A stretch of 64,000 bases of DNA, taken from positions 21,183 through 85,182 of IMG/VR virus record IMGVR_UViG_3300020049_008087. One strand, written 5' to 3'. Under the pieces are notes generated by a model. It saw nothing but the letters and a program-made list of their open reading frames with translations, searched no databases and was not told the origin of the DNA. A program made the translations under genes and the position numbers. The number at the start of each line of letters is the position of its first letter. Positions within the stretch are counted from its first letter, which is position 1. Positions 18,536 to 27,190 of this stretch are shown in pieces. The stretch is from a virus (Duplodnaviria > Caudoviricetes).

Positions 18536-19108
18536 TACCTAATGGTAAAGACCCATAATATAACTGGGTTAAAGTACCTTTGTCAGACAAGAAAAAAAGA
18601 TCCTTACCGTTATCTAGGGTCGGGTATTGAATGGGCTACTCATTTGAGGAAGTTTGGAAAGACAGTTACAACGGAAGTTATTTTCCAAACAACGGACAAA
18701 CAGCAACTAAATGATTTAGGTAGATACTATAGTCAATTATGGCGGGTAGTAGATGCTATGGATGATTTTGGAAATAAAATTTGGGCAAACTTAATTCCCG
18801 AAACAGGTGGTGGACCAGGAGTAGCAAACCCCACACCGGAAATTAATTATAAGCGTTCGCTAAAACTATTAGGAAGAACGTTTCCTCATATGAAAGAATC
18901 ACCATCTGACGAAACCTGCTTAAAGATGAGTTTGGCACAAAAAGGAATTCCCAAAGGACCAATGAGTGAGGAACAAAAATTAGTTCGCAAAATAAAACAA
19001 ACCGGAGTACTTAAAGGTCCTCAAGTACTAATAACTTGTCATTGTGGAAAGACCGGCGGAACATCAAACATGAAACGATATCATTTTAATAATTGTAAAA
19101 TAAGGTAA
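18524..19108 (+). CDS. Free-standing GIY-YIG (Seg-like) homing endonuclease
   Basis: IYYLMVKTHNITGLKYLCQT...YLGSG...WANL.PE.G.G; NUMOD3-like SDETCLKMS and C-terminal CxCG...H..NC; true start follows the AGGAG RBS. Confidence 0.8.
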   Translation: MNIYYLMVKTHNITGLKYLCQTRKKDPYRYLGSGIEWATHLRKFGKTVTTEVIFQTTDKQQLNDLGRYYSQLWRVVDAMDDFGNKIWANLIPETGGGPGVANPTPEINYKRSLKLLGRTFPHMKESPSDETCLKMSLAQKGIPKGPMSEEQKLVRKIKQTGVLKGPQVLITCHCGKTGGTSNMKRYHFNNCKIR

Positions 19109-19187
19109 TCATCCCTACTCTCCTCAATTATTTTTTATAGTGTGCTATAATAGCACACCATTGATAGTGTGTACAGAAATTTGGGCG

Positions 19188-19541
19188 TTACCATGAACTG
19201 CTGTAGATTACCTTAAATCCCAAAAAGATTTGGGTACGAGCCTCAGTGATGAACTCCAAATCCCTGTCACGGTAATGGTCATCACTGTTATTACCAAAAA
19301 AGAATCCATTGGTGTCAGGTAATTCACCATGAATGATAGCATTTTCCAAATCAGTAATATCGTCCCAGGTCAATTCTAGATCATCACCATTAAAGTCACC
19401 GCTATTGCCTTTTGATTCCCAAAGCTGCTTCATCCAACCATGCAGATTGGGATGCTTGCGCCAGTAAGCAATTTCACTGGATGAATTTCTATCGTCAGCC
19501 TCTGCGTTCACAGTGGCAAATGCCCACATATCTAGTCCCAT
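19188..19541 (-). CDS. Conserved phage hypothetical protein (MGLDM...YWRKHPNLHGWM type)
   Basis: ORF track; AGGAG RBS. Confidence 0.7.
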   Translation of the reverse strand: MGLDMWAFATVNAEADDRNSSSEIAYWRKHPNLHGWMKQLWESKGNSGDFNGDDLELTWDDITDLENAIIHGELPDTNGFFFGNNSDDHYRDRDLEFITEARTQIFLGFKVIYSSSW

Positions 19542-19543
19542 GA

Positions 19544-19675
19544 TTACTCCTGACTGGCTTTAATAGCCTGTGTTTTAGTAACGTCCACTGCTTTGTCTAG
19601 CATACGTGCTACACCAGTGAATCCAATTGTTGCTACTACAATACCAAATACAGTTCCAAAAATAAAGTTTTTCAT
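19544..19675 (-). CDS. 43-aa membrane peptide (MKNFIFGTVFGIVVATIGFTGVARMLD...)
   Basis: Manual translation; AGGA RBS. Confidence 0.6.
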   Translation of the reverse strand: MKNFIFGTVFGIVVATIGFTGVARMLDKAVDVTKTQAIKASQE

Positions 19676-19688
19676 GTTGAATTTCCTA

Positions 19689-19913
19689 TTAGCGTTTCAT
19701 TATCTGTGCCAACACTTTCATGGCTTCTGGGTATGCGTTCATTTTTGCTATGTTGATTTCTGCACCTTCCAAACGCAATTCTTCGCTCATCACTTCCAAC
19801 AACTCCATTGCGTATCTGATATCATCGTCTGTTTGATCTTGAAACCAAGCATGGATAATCTCAGGAGTTGACTCTAATAAAAATCGTAGATTTTCTTTAT
19901 CTTGTTCGGTCAT
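19689..19913 (-). CDS. Hypothetical protein
   Basis: ORF track; ATGA-coupled. Confidence 0.65.
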   Translation of the reverse strand: MTEQDKENLRFLLESTPEIIHAWFQDQTDDDIRYAMELLEVMSEELRLEGAEINIAKMNAYPEAMKVLAQIMKR

Positions 19914-20329
19914 TGTGCATCATCCTCAATCATAGATTCAATTTCATCCTTGAGCACTTTCCAGTACTTGCCCTCAGAAACTAACCACTGGCCACCAGTG
20001 TACAAATAAAAGAACTCGCCATCTATGCCATTGATAAAATCATCACGACTGGTGAACACTGCAAACTCGTTGTCATCTTCGCCACGATCACGACCATAAA
20101 ACACAGTACAACCCTTTTCAGGGGTAGTATGCGTATGGTCACCCACTGGCACTATGTTTTTGCCCAGCGAACTGATATTGCCCAGTTTGATCAACTGCGC
20201 AATTTTAACAGTGTCTTGATAAGATTCATTGAGAATCTTGCCATTGTGTTCTAAATAACCATCCCAGTGGCAAGATACTGCTTTGATTACACCTTCGTAT
20301 TCAATTGCGATAGCTGAACGAGTACTCAT
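19910..20329 (-). CDS. Early hypothetical protein (MSTRSAIA...CHWDGY family), paralogue 1
   Basis: Paralogous to 21379..21801; directly behind a promoter cassette. Confidence 0.75.
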   Translation of the reverse strand: MSTRSAIAIEYEGVIKAVSCHWDGYLEHNGKILNESYQDTVKIAQLIKLGNISSLGKNIVPVGDHTHTTPEKGCTVFYGRDRGEDDNEFAVFTSRDDFINGIDGEFFYLYTGGQWLVSEGKYWKVLKDEIESMIEDDAQ

Positions 20330-20390
20330 TTGCGTCTCCTTGTTTTTCAGTGTATGTGAGTATTATACACCCAAATTCAATTACTGTCAA
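20330..20390 (-). promoter_or_regulatory. Strong sigma70 early promoter cassette, copy 2
   Basis: TTGACAGTAATTGAATTTGGGTG-TATAAT-ACTCACATACACTGAAAAACAAGGAG. Confidence 0.85.
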
Positions 20391-20610
20391 CCGTTTGTGG
20401 CTGTTTCTTTTTTGCAAACTTTACGCACCACATGCACTTGACACTGGGCTTGTCATAAAAGTAAGCACCCATGTCAAAATATTTGGTGTCGCACACAGCA
20501 CATACAAACCTTGTCATTGGTGGACCATTTGGTCCCGCTGCTGCAAACGCCTGTTTGTCACCAAGTGGCGTTTTGCAGGCACCGGCTGTTGACTGTTTAA
20601 TCTTAGGCAT
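20377..20610 (-). CDS. Small Cys-rich (CxxC x2) protein
   Basis: CAVC and CMWC motifs. Confidence 0.55.
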   Translation of the reverse strand: MPKIKQSTAGACKTPLGDKQAFAAAGPNGPPMTRFVCAVCDTKYFDMGAYFYDKPSVKCMWCVKFAKKKQPQTVDSN

Positions 20611-20755
20611 AGGCCGATGGACTCAGCGTATCAGCTTCCAATACTGCATCATGGTAAGTGTTGGCACCCAGCAAAACCGTTTGCCCATCTGCATAACAGG
20701 CCATGTATGCACCATTCATTGCCACGTATACAATTTCAATCAAGAAGTTATCCAT
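20603..20755 (-). CDS. 50-aa hypothetical protein (MDNFLIEIVYVAMNG...), not in ORF track
   Basis: Manual translation; TAATG overlap; GAGGA RBS. Confidence 0.55.
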   Translation of the reverse strand: MDNFLIEIVYVAMNGAYMACYADGQTVLLGANTYHDAVLEADTLSPSAYA

Positions 20756-20937
20756 TATGCCAGTTCCTCATCTGAGTTAATTGTTGCATTGCACTTGTCT
20801 TGAAAAGTATTACCAATTGAAGTCTCTAGTACATCTGCCCTTGTGGGGTAATCGTATACCAGAATTGCTGCCAATTGAGAAATACTGGTGTTGTTGAGAA
20901 ATGCAATTTCGTTTGCCAATTGTTCTAATTTAGTCAT
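20755..20937 (-). CDS. Hypothetical protein
   Basis: TAATG-coupled; GGAGG RBS. Confidence 0.6.
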   Translation of the reverse strand: MTKLEQLANEIAFLNNTSISQLAAILVYDYPTRADVLETSIGNTFQDKCNATINSDEELA

Positions 20938-21212
20938 TATACTGCCTCCAACATGTTAGCTGGAACACGCCAGTTCGTCAATCCTACATTAACAATAACA
21001 TTCTTAATTTTGATTTCTTTAACAGTGCCCACTGTATAACCACCGGTGCGACTGTTGATGAAACGGACCTGAGAACCAATTGCCAAACTGCGGCGAGCTT
21101 GTTTGGTCAACTGAATGCGGGCATACTTGATTGACATTGCAATACCATTGAGTTGGTCATTACAAAATTGACCGGACATAATTGCTTGATTGATTTCATT
21201 GATTGTAGTCAT
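20937..21212 (-). CDS. Hypothetical protein with C-terminal SH3/KOW-like fold
   Basis: IGSQVRF...GTVKEIKIKNVIV...WRVPANML; AAGGAG RBS before MTTINE. Confidence 0.7.
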   Translation of the reverse strand: MTTINEINQAIMSGQFCNDQLNGIAMSIKYARIQLTKQARRSLAIGSQVRFINSRTGGYTVGTVKEIKIKNVIVNVGLTNWRVPANMLEAV

Positions 21213-21225
21213 TGTCAGCTCCTTG

Positions 21226-21303
21226 TTATTCAGAAAGTTCTTCAGCCGATGGAACATAAACCCAGTCATCTTCGTACTCATCAAAAATCCAGTAACCGTT
21301 CAT
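21226..21303 (-). CDS. 25-aa acidic aromatic peptide (MNGYWIFDEYEDDWVYVPSAEELSE)
   Basis: First ORF behind promoter cassette copy 3; AAGGAG RBS. Confidence 0.6.
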   Translation of the reverse strand: MNGYWIFDEYEDDWVYVPSAEELSE

Positions 21304-21364
21304 TTGCTGCTCCTTGTTTTTCAGTGTATGTGAGTATTATAGCACCGATTGGATTTACTGTCAA
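21304..21364 (-). promoter_or_regulatory. Strong sigma70 early promoter cassette, copy 3
   Basis: TTGACA-17-TATAAT-ACTCACATACACTGAAAAACAAGGAG. Confidence 0.85.
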
Positions 21365-21378
21365 CCAAAAAAGTGTTG

Positions 21379-21801
21379 TTATGCAGCAACAGATTCTAGT
21401 ACTTCCGATACTTTCTTCCAGTCTGTGCCCGACAGGTCCTTAACATACCAAGCACCATCGGTTCCCAAAATGTAAAAGAACTCGCAACCAAGACTTTCAT
21501 AATGCAATACAAAATCTTCGGCAATATCAAATTGCATCCAATCAATGTCACGCTCACCGCGATCACGACCATAGAACACTGTGGTGTCCTTTTCAGGAGT
21601 AGTGAATGAATGACCGCCCAGAGGCACTACACGTTTGCCCAATGAACTCATGTCACCATGAGCCACAAGTTGTACTGCTTGCTCAAAATTATAGTTGTCT
21701 ACTAAACAACGACCCACATAGTCAGGGTAACCATCATAGTGGCAATAAGCGCCCTTGATAACATTGTTGTGAGTGACTGCGATAGCTGAACGAGTTGACA
21801 T
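21379..21801 (-). CDS. Early hypothetical protein (MSTRSAIA...CHYDGY family), paralogue 2
   Basis: Shares FTTPEK.xTVFYGRDRGE with 19910..20329. Confidence 0.75.
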   Translation of the reverse strand: MSTRSAIAVTHNNVIKGAYCHYDGYPDYVGRCLVDNYNFEQAVQLVAHGDMSSLGKRVVPLGGHSFTTPEKDTTVFYGRDRGERDIDWMQFDIAEDFVLHYESLGCEFFYILGTDGAWYVKDLSGTDWKKVSEVLESVAA

Positions 21802-21861
21802 TTTCTTTTCCTTTTCTCTAGTGTATGTGTACATTATACACCCAACGGGAATTACTGTCAA
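21802..21861 (-). promoter_or_regulatory. Strong sigma70 early promoter cassette, copy 4
   Basis: TTGACAGTAATTCCCGTTGGGTG-TATAAT-GTACACATACACTAGAGAAAAGG. Confidence 0.85.
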
Positions 21862-21863
21862 CC

Positions 21864-21892
21864 AAAAAAAAGCCCCAATTAAGGGGCTTTTT
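21864..21892. terminator. Intrinsic terminator insulating the promoter cassette
   Basis: AAAAAAAGCCCC-AATTAA-GGGGCTTTTT. Confidence 0.85.
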
Positions 21893-21904
21893 GTTGCTAA
21901 TTTG

Positions 21905-22210
21905 TTAATCAGCTTTCTTGGCTTTTGCTGCTGTTTTAGCAACTCCTACTAGGGAGCCACTGTTGACAAATGCATACATCTTTTCAGCGGCTTCAAGCAC
22001 TTTATCAAGTCCTGGGAACTCAGGCATACCAACTGTGGTAACGATCTGACCAGTCTTTTCGTCTTTTACTGCTGTCATTTCCCAACCAGCAAACTTGGTA
22101 CTGTGTTCTGATTGGACCATGTCCTTGGCCATAGCCAAGATATCTGTGCGGATCTCGTATCCGTTTTTGTTGAATTTTACTTCTGGTAATTTAGGTGTAT
22201 CAAATGACAT
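21905..22210 (-). CDS. Conserved hypothetical protein (NGYEIRTDIL...PG.DKVLE.AEK.Y.FV)
   Basis: ORF track; CA-rich leader with AAGGAG. Confidence 0.7.
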   Translation of the reverse strand: MSFDTPKLPEVKFNKNGYEIRTDILAMAKDMVQSEHSTKFAGWEMTAVKDEKTGQIVTTVGMPEFPGLDKVLEAAEKMYAFVNSGSLVGVAKTAAKAKKAD

Positions 22211-22371
22211 TATAATCTCCTTGTGTGAATGTCTGTGTGTGGTGTGCTTACTTCTGGTTCAGCACTGTACTGATTATATATTAATGAATAATATATATCA
22301 AGCACTTTGGGGAAGTTTTGTGGGATTGTTTACCCACTCCACATCCTCGTCAGTCATGGGTTGCCATTGGT

Positions 22372-22527
22372 TCATAACCAACCCTGTTGCTTTTTATAAC
22401 TGAATTCTTGTATGAGTTTGTCCAGGTCTCCGGCTGTTTGCGGAGGTCTTGCCTGTATGTATCGTTCTAGTTCGCTCTGTTGGGTAGGCGTAAACCAGCC
22501 GATAATTCGGTTGAATAGTGTTAACAT
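22372..22527 (-). CDS. 51-aa protein resembling DUF3563-type small proteins, not in ORF track
   Basis: Manual translation MLTLFNRIIGWFTPTQQSELERYIQARPPQTAGDLDKLIQEF...; GAGGA RBS; family assignment is from memory only. Confidence 0.5.
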   Translation of the reverse strand: MLTLFNRIIGWFTPTQQSELERYIQARPPQTAGDLDKLIQEFSYKKQQGWL

Positions 22528-22620
22528 CGTGTCCTCTGTGTGTGTATGTTTTGAGGTTTTTGCAGAACCTCGTAACTGTAATTGTAATTGTATTTATACT
22601 ACTGTTTTACGTAAAGACTA

Positions 22621-22830
22621 TTACTTTTTTACAGCTTTTTTGCCTTTTGCAGCTGGCTTCTCTGCATCTTTGCTATGGTCTTTCTTTTTAGCCAACATCA
22701 ATTTGCCCTTGGTTACTGGAGCATTGGCTACCACTTCTACTGGCGGCAAACTTTTTTCTACCGCGACTGCATGAGTGGCACCCAGAATTGCAAGAACTGC
22801 CAGTGCTGCACATAGTGTATTTTTAATCAT
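22621..22830 (-). CDS. Small secreted Lys-rich protein
   Basis: Signal peptide ...ATHAVA; basic tail. Confidence 0.6.
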   Translation of the reverse strand: MIKNTLCAALAVLAILGATHAVAVEKSLPPVEVVANAPVTKGKLMLAKKKDHSKDAEKPAAKGKKAVKK

Positions 22831-22997
22831 CTTCCTCTACCTACCTTTCGTGTTAATGAGCTTCCGCCAAATCCCTTGTTTGGTTTAGGGGCTTTGGTCT
22901 CTGGTTGACTACCGTTAGCGAACCCAGCTGTCTTTTTGGCTTTGGCTTCAGCAGCCATGTTGATAAAGGGATTCTTACTTTTCTTTTCTTCAGTCAT
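22827..22997 (-). CDS. Small basic hypothetical protein
   Basis: GGAGG RBS before MTEEKKSKNPF; TAAATA upstream. Confidence 0.6.
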   Translation of the reverse strand: MTEEKKSKNPFINMAAEAKAKKTAGFANGSQPETKAPKPNKGFGGSSLTRKVGRGR

Positions 22998-23020
22998 TGT
23001 GTCCTCCACAGATATTTATG

Positions 23021-23422
23021 TTATTTTCTGCGCTTCGTAGATTTCACATAGTCATATACATCACCGTACAGTGATATCATCATGGCCACTTTGCTGTCGT
23101 ACAGTCTGATGTGTGCTCCGCCGGCGATGTTTTTTCCCAGGTAGTAGGGACAGGTCAGTTTGTGGTTCAGTTCCATGAGGAAAGCATTCCAAGTGGTCTG
23201 ATTTTTAGTAATGCTTTTTTTGTAGTCCAATGGCAAGTCAAAGTATTCTATCTCAGCCAGTGAAAAGTAAAGTTTACCCACTTCAGTCAACCTCAACCCA
23301 CCGTCGTTTCTGATATTCACCCACCATGATTTTGCTGCAATGCTCAACTCCAGCTGACTCTGTTCTGGTAGCTGATCCAGCACTGCCTGTGTGATTCTAG
23401 ATTTTACTGAATCTCTGATCAT
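23021..23422 (-). CDS. Conserved phage hypothetical protein (WWxNxR..GGLRLT..G)
   Basis: ORF track; ATGA-coupled. Confidence 0.7.
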   Translation of the reverse strand: MIRDSVKSRITQAVLDQLPEQSQLELSIAAKSWWVNIRNDGGLRLTEVGKLYFSLAEIEYFDLPLDYKKSITKNQTTWNAFLMELNHKLTCPYYLGKNIAGGAHIRLYDSKVAMMISLYGDVYDYVKSTKRRK

Positions 23423-23709
23423 TCAGGATATACTTTAGTCCCATGATTCATAAACACCACACTAAATTGATCAGTCTTGAACTGTTGGTTTAGTTTCCTA
23501 CACAAGTTACGTGCATGTCCAGGATTGCTAAAACTGGTTTTCTTGTACTTGGGCACACTCTCACTGTCTAGATAATGTTGACTTTTTAGATTGATTGGTT
23601 GACCATCCAAAAAAACAGCCCATATTCCAGCGGCCTCAACAATCTGATCATTCTTGTATGTGGTTTTATCTACTATCTCTAACAATATTTTTGGCTGAGT
23701 TCTGCTCAT
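23419..23709 (-). CDS. Conserved phage hypothetical protein (PINLKS...KYKKTSFSNPGHA)
   Basis: ORF track. Confidence 0.7.
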   Translation of the reverse strand: MSRTQPKILLEIVDKTTYKNDQIVEAAGIWAVFLDGQPINLKSQHYLDSESVPKYKKTSFSNPGHARNLCRKLNQQFKTDQFSVVFMNHGTKVYPE

Positions 23710-23713
23710 TAAG

Positions 23714-23914
23714 TTACCACTTGCTACCTTTCAATTCCACATTGATAACTTCATCGTGCGAGTTATTAGTGGGCACCTGTTCATATCGGTCAATAATCAA
23801 TTTGGCGATTTCATCACGCAGTGCTCTAGCATCTGAACTGGTCATTACCACATCACGCCCCTGGCGACCCTCCATACTGGATACTTTGTCAATAAATCGT
23901 TTAATATGAATCAT
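23714..23914 (-). CDS. Hypothetical protein
   Basis: TAAATA 4 nt before ATG. Confidence 0.65.
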   Translation of the reverse strand: MIHIKRFIDKVSSMEGRQGRDVVMTSSDARALRDEIAKLIIDRYEQVPTNNSHDEVINVELKGSKW

Positions 23915-24378
23915 AGTGTATTTATCACATTTTTAGCTTCATCTTGGGTTTTATATGGACCATAGCTTTCATATCGCTGAATAAAGATATACTTGGGAGC
24001 CAGCAGGGTAACAAATTCAGTGCCCTGTTTGATATTAAACCAACCAGCTGCATGAAAGCATTTGCTCTTTGGCTCAGTGGTAAACAGGTGTACTTTACGT
24101 TTGATGTCTACTACTGAATTGTAAACTCGGGCGTGTCCAGTTGGATACACGCCATATGAGGGAACAAAGGGCTTGGTTTCTGCTTTGGCATTGGGGATAA
24201 ACTCTATCTTTTCCTTAGTGGCAATGGCAGTGGTGCTGCTATAATGTTTGATAGTGTTGCCTATTCGCACATCGTAGCCCGTACCATCTGACATTACGTT
24301 GCCCACTTTTTGTGTACCGTCAGTGACGATCCAATATTGATTGTTGACCACTGGTTTTGCGATTAGTGTGTTAGACAT
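23911..24378 (-). CDS. Hypothetical protein
   Basis: AAGGA RBS; ORF track. Confidence 0.7.
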   Translation of the reverse strand: MSNTLIAKPVVNNQYWIVTDGTQKVGNVMSDGTGYDVRIGNTIKHYSSTTAIATKEKIEFIPNAKAETKPFVPSYGVYPTGHARVYNSVVDIKRKVHLFTTEPKSKCFHAAGWFNIKQGTEFVTLLAPKYIFIQRYESYGPYKTQDEAKNVINTL

Positions 24379-24438
24379 TTGTTTCCTTTATGTTCTGTAA
24401 ATAGTATCATATTATAAATAAATTTGCAAGTGTTTTGG

Positions 24439-24630
24439 TTAGCCGAATATAAGCATATAAAATGGAACGTATTTTTCAGTGTATATCATTATGTCTAAGT
24501 GTATTGATCCGGAAAAATCCCAATCAGTTCCCCGCTCACCCAAATTTCTACGACACCACTTGATGTGTTCAACTGATTCCTTGGCTGAGTTTAACATAAG
24601 CCTGTGATGGTGTATTACGCGCCTGCTCAT
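24439..24630 (-). CDS. Small paralogous family B (divergent member)
   Basis: KWCRRN.G.RG..W core as in other members. Confidence 0.65.
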   Translation of the reverse strand: MSRRVIHHHRLMLNSAKESVEHIKWCRRNLGERGTDWDFSGSIHLDIMIYTEKYVPFYMLIFG

Positions 24631-24857
24631 AGATATCGTAGTATAAACATTGTTTTCTTTTGTTCGTCAAAAAAGTCAAGTGACACCGTGTGCGTGAATC
24701 CAGTTTTCACATGCCAGCTGGGTTCATGATTACGCACAGTAAATCCCAGTACCCGTTTCATTGTGTTCCTCACCAGAAACACTGAGGGGTTATCCGGGTA
24801 GTCTTGTTTTAGCTGCGCCAGTATTTTGCGCCACTGATTTTCTGGTAATGTGATCAT
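24627..24857 (-). CDS. Family B member
   Basis: Ends DFFDEQKKTMFILRYL. Confidence 0.7.
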   Translation of the reverse strand: MITLPENQWRKILAQLKQDYPDNPSVFLVRNTMKRVLGFTVRNHEPSWHVKTGFTHTVSLDFFDEQKKTMFILRYL

Positions 24858-25237
24858 GGATATTTTGTTTTGATGTCCATTTCAAATATTCCCCAACCCA
24901 GTTTAGTTTCAGGAGTATTTTTGTTATATCTAATCCATATGTAACCATCATCACAGAATCGAAATTGCCATTTTACATAACTTTCGCTGTATAATCTTTT
25001 CTTCATATCATACAGATACTTGGCAGGGGTGTGAGTTGGCTTCCACGAATCACCGCTTACTTTTTCAGTTAGCACATGAATCAGATATTCTTTCTCTAAC
25101 CCATCTTTGGTGATTGGAGTAAAGTATGCTCTGTCATACAGCGAATAGTGTCCACCTGACTTCATTGGGACCGGCTGGAGCTCCTTAATGAAATCATATT
25201 CACGCATGATGATTTTTCTACTCAACAACAGTGTCAT
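24854..25237 (-). CDS. Hypothetical protein within the family B array
   Basis: ATGA-coupled; lacks the LRW end. Confidence 0.6.
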   Translation of the reverse strand: MTLLLSRKIIMREYDFIKELQPVPMKSGGHYSLYDRAYFTPITKDGLEKEYLIHVLTEKVSGDSWKPTHTPAKYLYDMKKRLYSESYVKWQFRFCDDGYIWIRYNKNTPETKLGWGIFEMDIKTKYP

Positions 25238-25446
25238 AGCCACACCAGTCTAAACATAAGTGCATCTTTGGCGTTGGCAAAGTACCATATAGTATCGCCA
25301 AATTTATAACGCAGGCACCAAGTGGCAGAGTTGCTCACTTGATCCAGTTCACGGGCTGATTGACCAAAGCGGTTGTAGCACCATTTTTCCATAGCATATA
25401 TTTTATAATACTCCAGCTTTGGCATTGTTACTTGTTCAGCTATCAT
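25234..25446 (-). CDS. Family B member
   Basis: KWC..RFG; ends WYFANAKDALMFRLVWL. Confidence 0.75.
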   Translation of the reverse strand: MIAEQVTMPKLEYYKIYAMEKWCYNRFGQSARELDQVSNSATWCLRYKFGDTIWYFANAKDALMFRLVWL

Positions 25447-25646
25447 AGCCACATCAACGCAAACATTATAGCATCGTTCTCATTTTTAAAATACCATTGA
25501 TATCGTTTTTCTGGGCCGCGCCAAAAGCAAGTCCACTCACCAGTTCTGGCAAGTACGCTCCATCTTGGACCAATATAACTAATGCACCATTTTTGGGCAT
25601 CGTAGTTTGGTTGGATAGCGTTAACAGTATAGGGTAATTCTTTCAT
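25443..25646 (-). CDS. Family B member
   Basis: KWC...IG; ends WYFKNENDAIMFALMWL. Confidence 0.75.
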   Translation of the reverse strand: MKELPYTVNAIQPNYDAQKWCISYIGPRWSVLARTGEWTCFWRGPEKRYQWYFKNENDAIMFALMWL

Positions 25647-26032
25647 GACCAGTTCAATGCTGCTATTGTAGCATACTTTGCATACTTTTGCCTAATCTTT
25701 ATGGTCAATCTATTCTCAGTAACATCCTCGCCACCCATGCCCCATTGCCAATTCCAACTTTGTTTCCCCACATGTTTTTCTAACCACGGACGATAATGAT
25801 CGTTAGGGTCAGCACTAAAACCTAAATTTACCCACACAGCACCACCCATGTCACGCCAACGTGGATCACTGTGATCTACCACAATGTCTCCTCTTGGCCA
25901 TGCCACATTGATCACCGCACCGGGCATGAATCGCCACCAGAGTTTATCAACGATGTTTAAACCACAGGGCATGTAATGGTCGCCATACTTTCCTTTGAAC
26001 TTAAAGATTGCGTTTATTTCAAGTTTACTCAT
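25643..26032 (-). CDS. Family B member (long form)
   Basis: WLEKHVG; ends IAALNWS. Confidence 0.7.
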   Translation of the reverse strand: MSKLEINAIFKFKGKYGDHYMPCGLNIVDKLWWRFMPGAVINVAWPRGDIVVDHSDPRWRDMGGAVWVNLGFSADPNDHYRPWLEKHVGKQSWNWQWGMGGEDVTENRLTIKIRQKYAKYATIAALNWS

Positions 26033-26328
26033 AACCACCTCAACAACCAAAGCATAATTTCGTCACGATTGACAAATCCCCACCACTCCTCGTCATCACT
26101 GGCGCTGTAACAACTTACGCCGCTGGGACAATGCCGTTTACACCAGGCCCAAAATTGTTGTTGATTTGCACTGTACAGTGACAATCGTATTGGTTTGATA
26201 CATATGAACCACTGCGATTCAGGGCCATAGGCTCTTTCATAAGCCCATAGACCACTGTCAGCATCACCTAAACCAGGCTTCACTGTGTTCCAATGTTCAG
26301 CAAATTGATTGCGGGTCACTATGGTCAC
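26029..26328 (-). CDS. Family B member
   Basis: AWC; ends WWGFVNRDEIMLWLLRWL; GTG start overlaps the upstream TGA. Confidence 0.7.
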   Translation of the reverse strand: MTIVTRNQFAEHWNTVKPGLGDADSGLWAYERAYGPESQWFICIKPIRLSLYSANQQQFWAWCKRHCPSGVSCYSASDDEEWWGFVNRDEIMLWLLRWL

Positions 26329-26528
26329 AACCACCTCAGGGCAAACATGGTAGCGTCTTGGTGACGAGAAAAGTAATAAACTCTATTGTCAGGATTTTTA
26401 GTGTCAGCACCACCCCAATCCCAATTGTGTTCATCTACGTTATCCAGCAACCATATCTGCAGATTACGTAAATGCTCGTATCTATACCAAGGCACACTGA
26501 CAGGAATATTACACCAATCGGCTTTCAT
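26325..26528 (-). CDS. Family B member
   Basis: Ends YYFSRHQDATMFALRWL. Confidence 0.75.
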   Translation of the reverse strand: MKADWCNIPVSVPWYRYEHLRNLQIWLLDNVDEHNWDWGGADTKNPDNRVYYFSRHQDATMFALRWL

Positions 26529-26707
26529 TGCCACCTCAGCATAAAAACCATAGCGTCTTTGCCTTCGCTAAAAAAGTAATCAATAAGAACACCTTGCCCA
26601 GATTCGTTTGTATTTTTATGAACATCGTTAGTAATATAACTTGGGCAGTGTTCCTTGGCCCAGGTCAACGGCTCCCAAAATGGATCGTAGGGTACAGTAA
26701 CTCTCAT
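26525..26707 (-). CDS. Family B member
   Basis: Ends YFFSEGKDAMVFMLRWQ. Confidence 0.75.
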   Translation of the reverse strand: MRVTVPYDPFWEPLTWAKEHCPSYITNDVHKNTNESGQGVLIDYFFSEGKDAMVFMLRWQ

Positions 26708-26955
26708 GACCACCTCAATATAAACAAAGTGCGGTCGCTTTCATATTTGAAATAGTATTTGTTATTGCTGGCCTGCCAACGACCAGTTCCCCACTCAGTT
26801 AAATTCTTGGCGCCAAAGGTTTGTTCTACCCAAGCAAATATTTCTATGTTGCGAGCCATGACATCATGATAGTCCTCTATGTCAGTAAACCGTAGTTTAC
26901 TGGGGTTTTCCACCCAATAGGCATAATCAGAGTTATCATAAAAACCAACTTTCAT
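26704..26955 (-). CDS. Family B member
   Basis: WVEQTFG; ends YYFKYESDRTLFILRWS. Confidence 0.75.
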   Translation of the reverse strand: MKVGFYDNSDYAYWVENPSKLRFTDIEDYHDVMARNIEIFAWVEQTFGAKNLTEWGTGRWQASNNKYYFKYESDRTLFILRWS

Positions 26956-26961
26956 ACAATG

Positions 26962-27189
26962 CTATAACCATCTCAGTGAAAACAATATGGCATCCTGTTC
27001 ATTCTGAAAATAAAAATCCATATATTCACTTGTGGCTTTGGTGGCGAACCTATGACCTGGTAATCCAAAATTCTCTATAGCCCAGATGCAAGTGTCATTC
27101 CAATACTCTTGTTCCTTGTCATGGTCAGCATCATTGTCCCACTTGATGTGAACCACATATTCATCGTTGCTTTTTTTTATCACACTCAT
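26962..27189 (-). CDS. Family B member
   Basis: WAIENFG; ends FYFQNEQDAILFSLRWL. Confidence 0.75.
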   Translation of the reverse strand: MSVIKKSNDEYVVHIKWDNDADHDKEQEYWNDTCIWAIENFGLPGHRFATKATSEYMDFYFQNEQDAILFSLRWL

Positions 27190-27190
27190 G

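Noticed and set aside
22545-22572. preQ1-I riboswitch-like hairpin (GAGGTTCTG...CCTC-AAAAC)
   Set aside because: The loop lacks the ligand-pairing C and pseudoknot partner, and the downstream gene is unrelated to queuosine metabolism.
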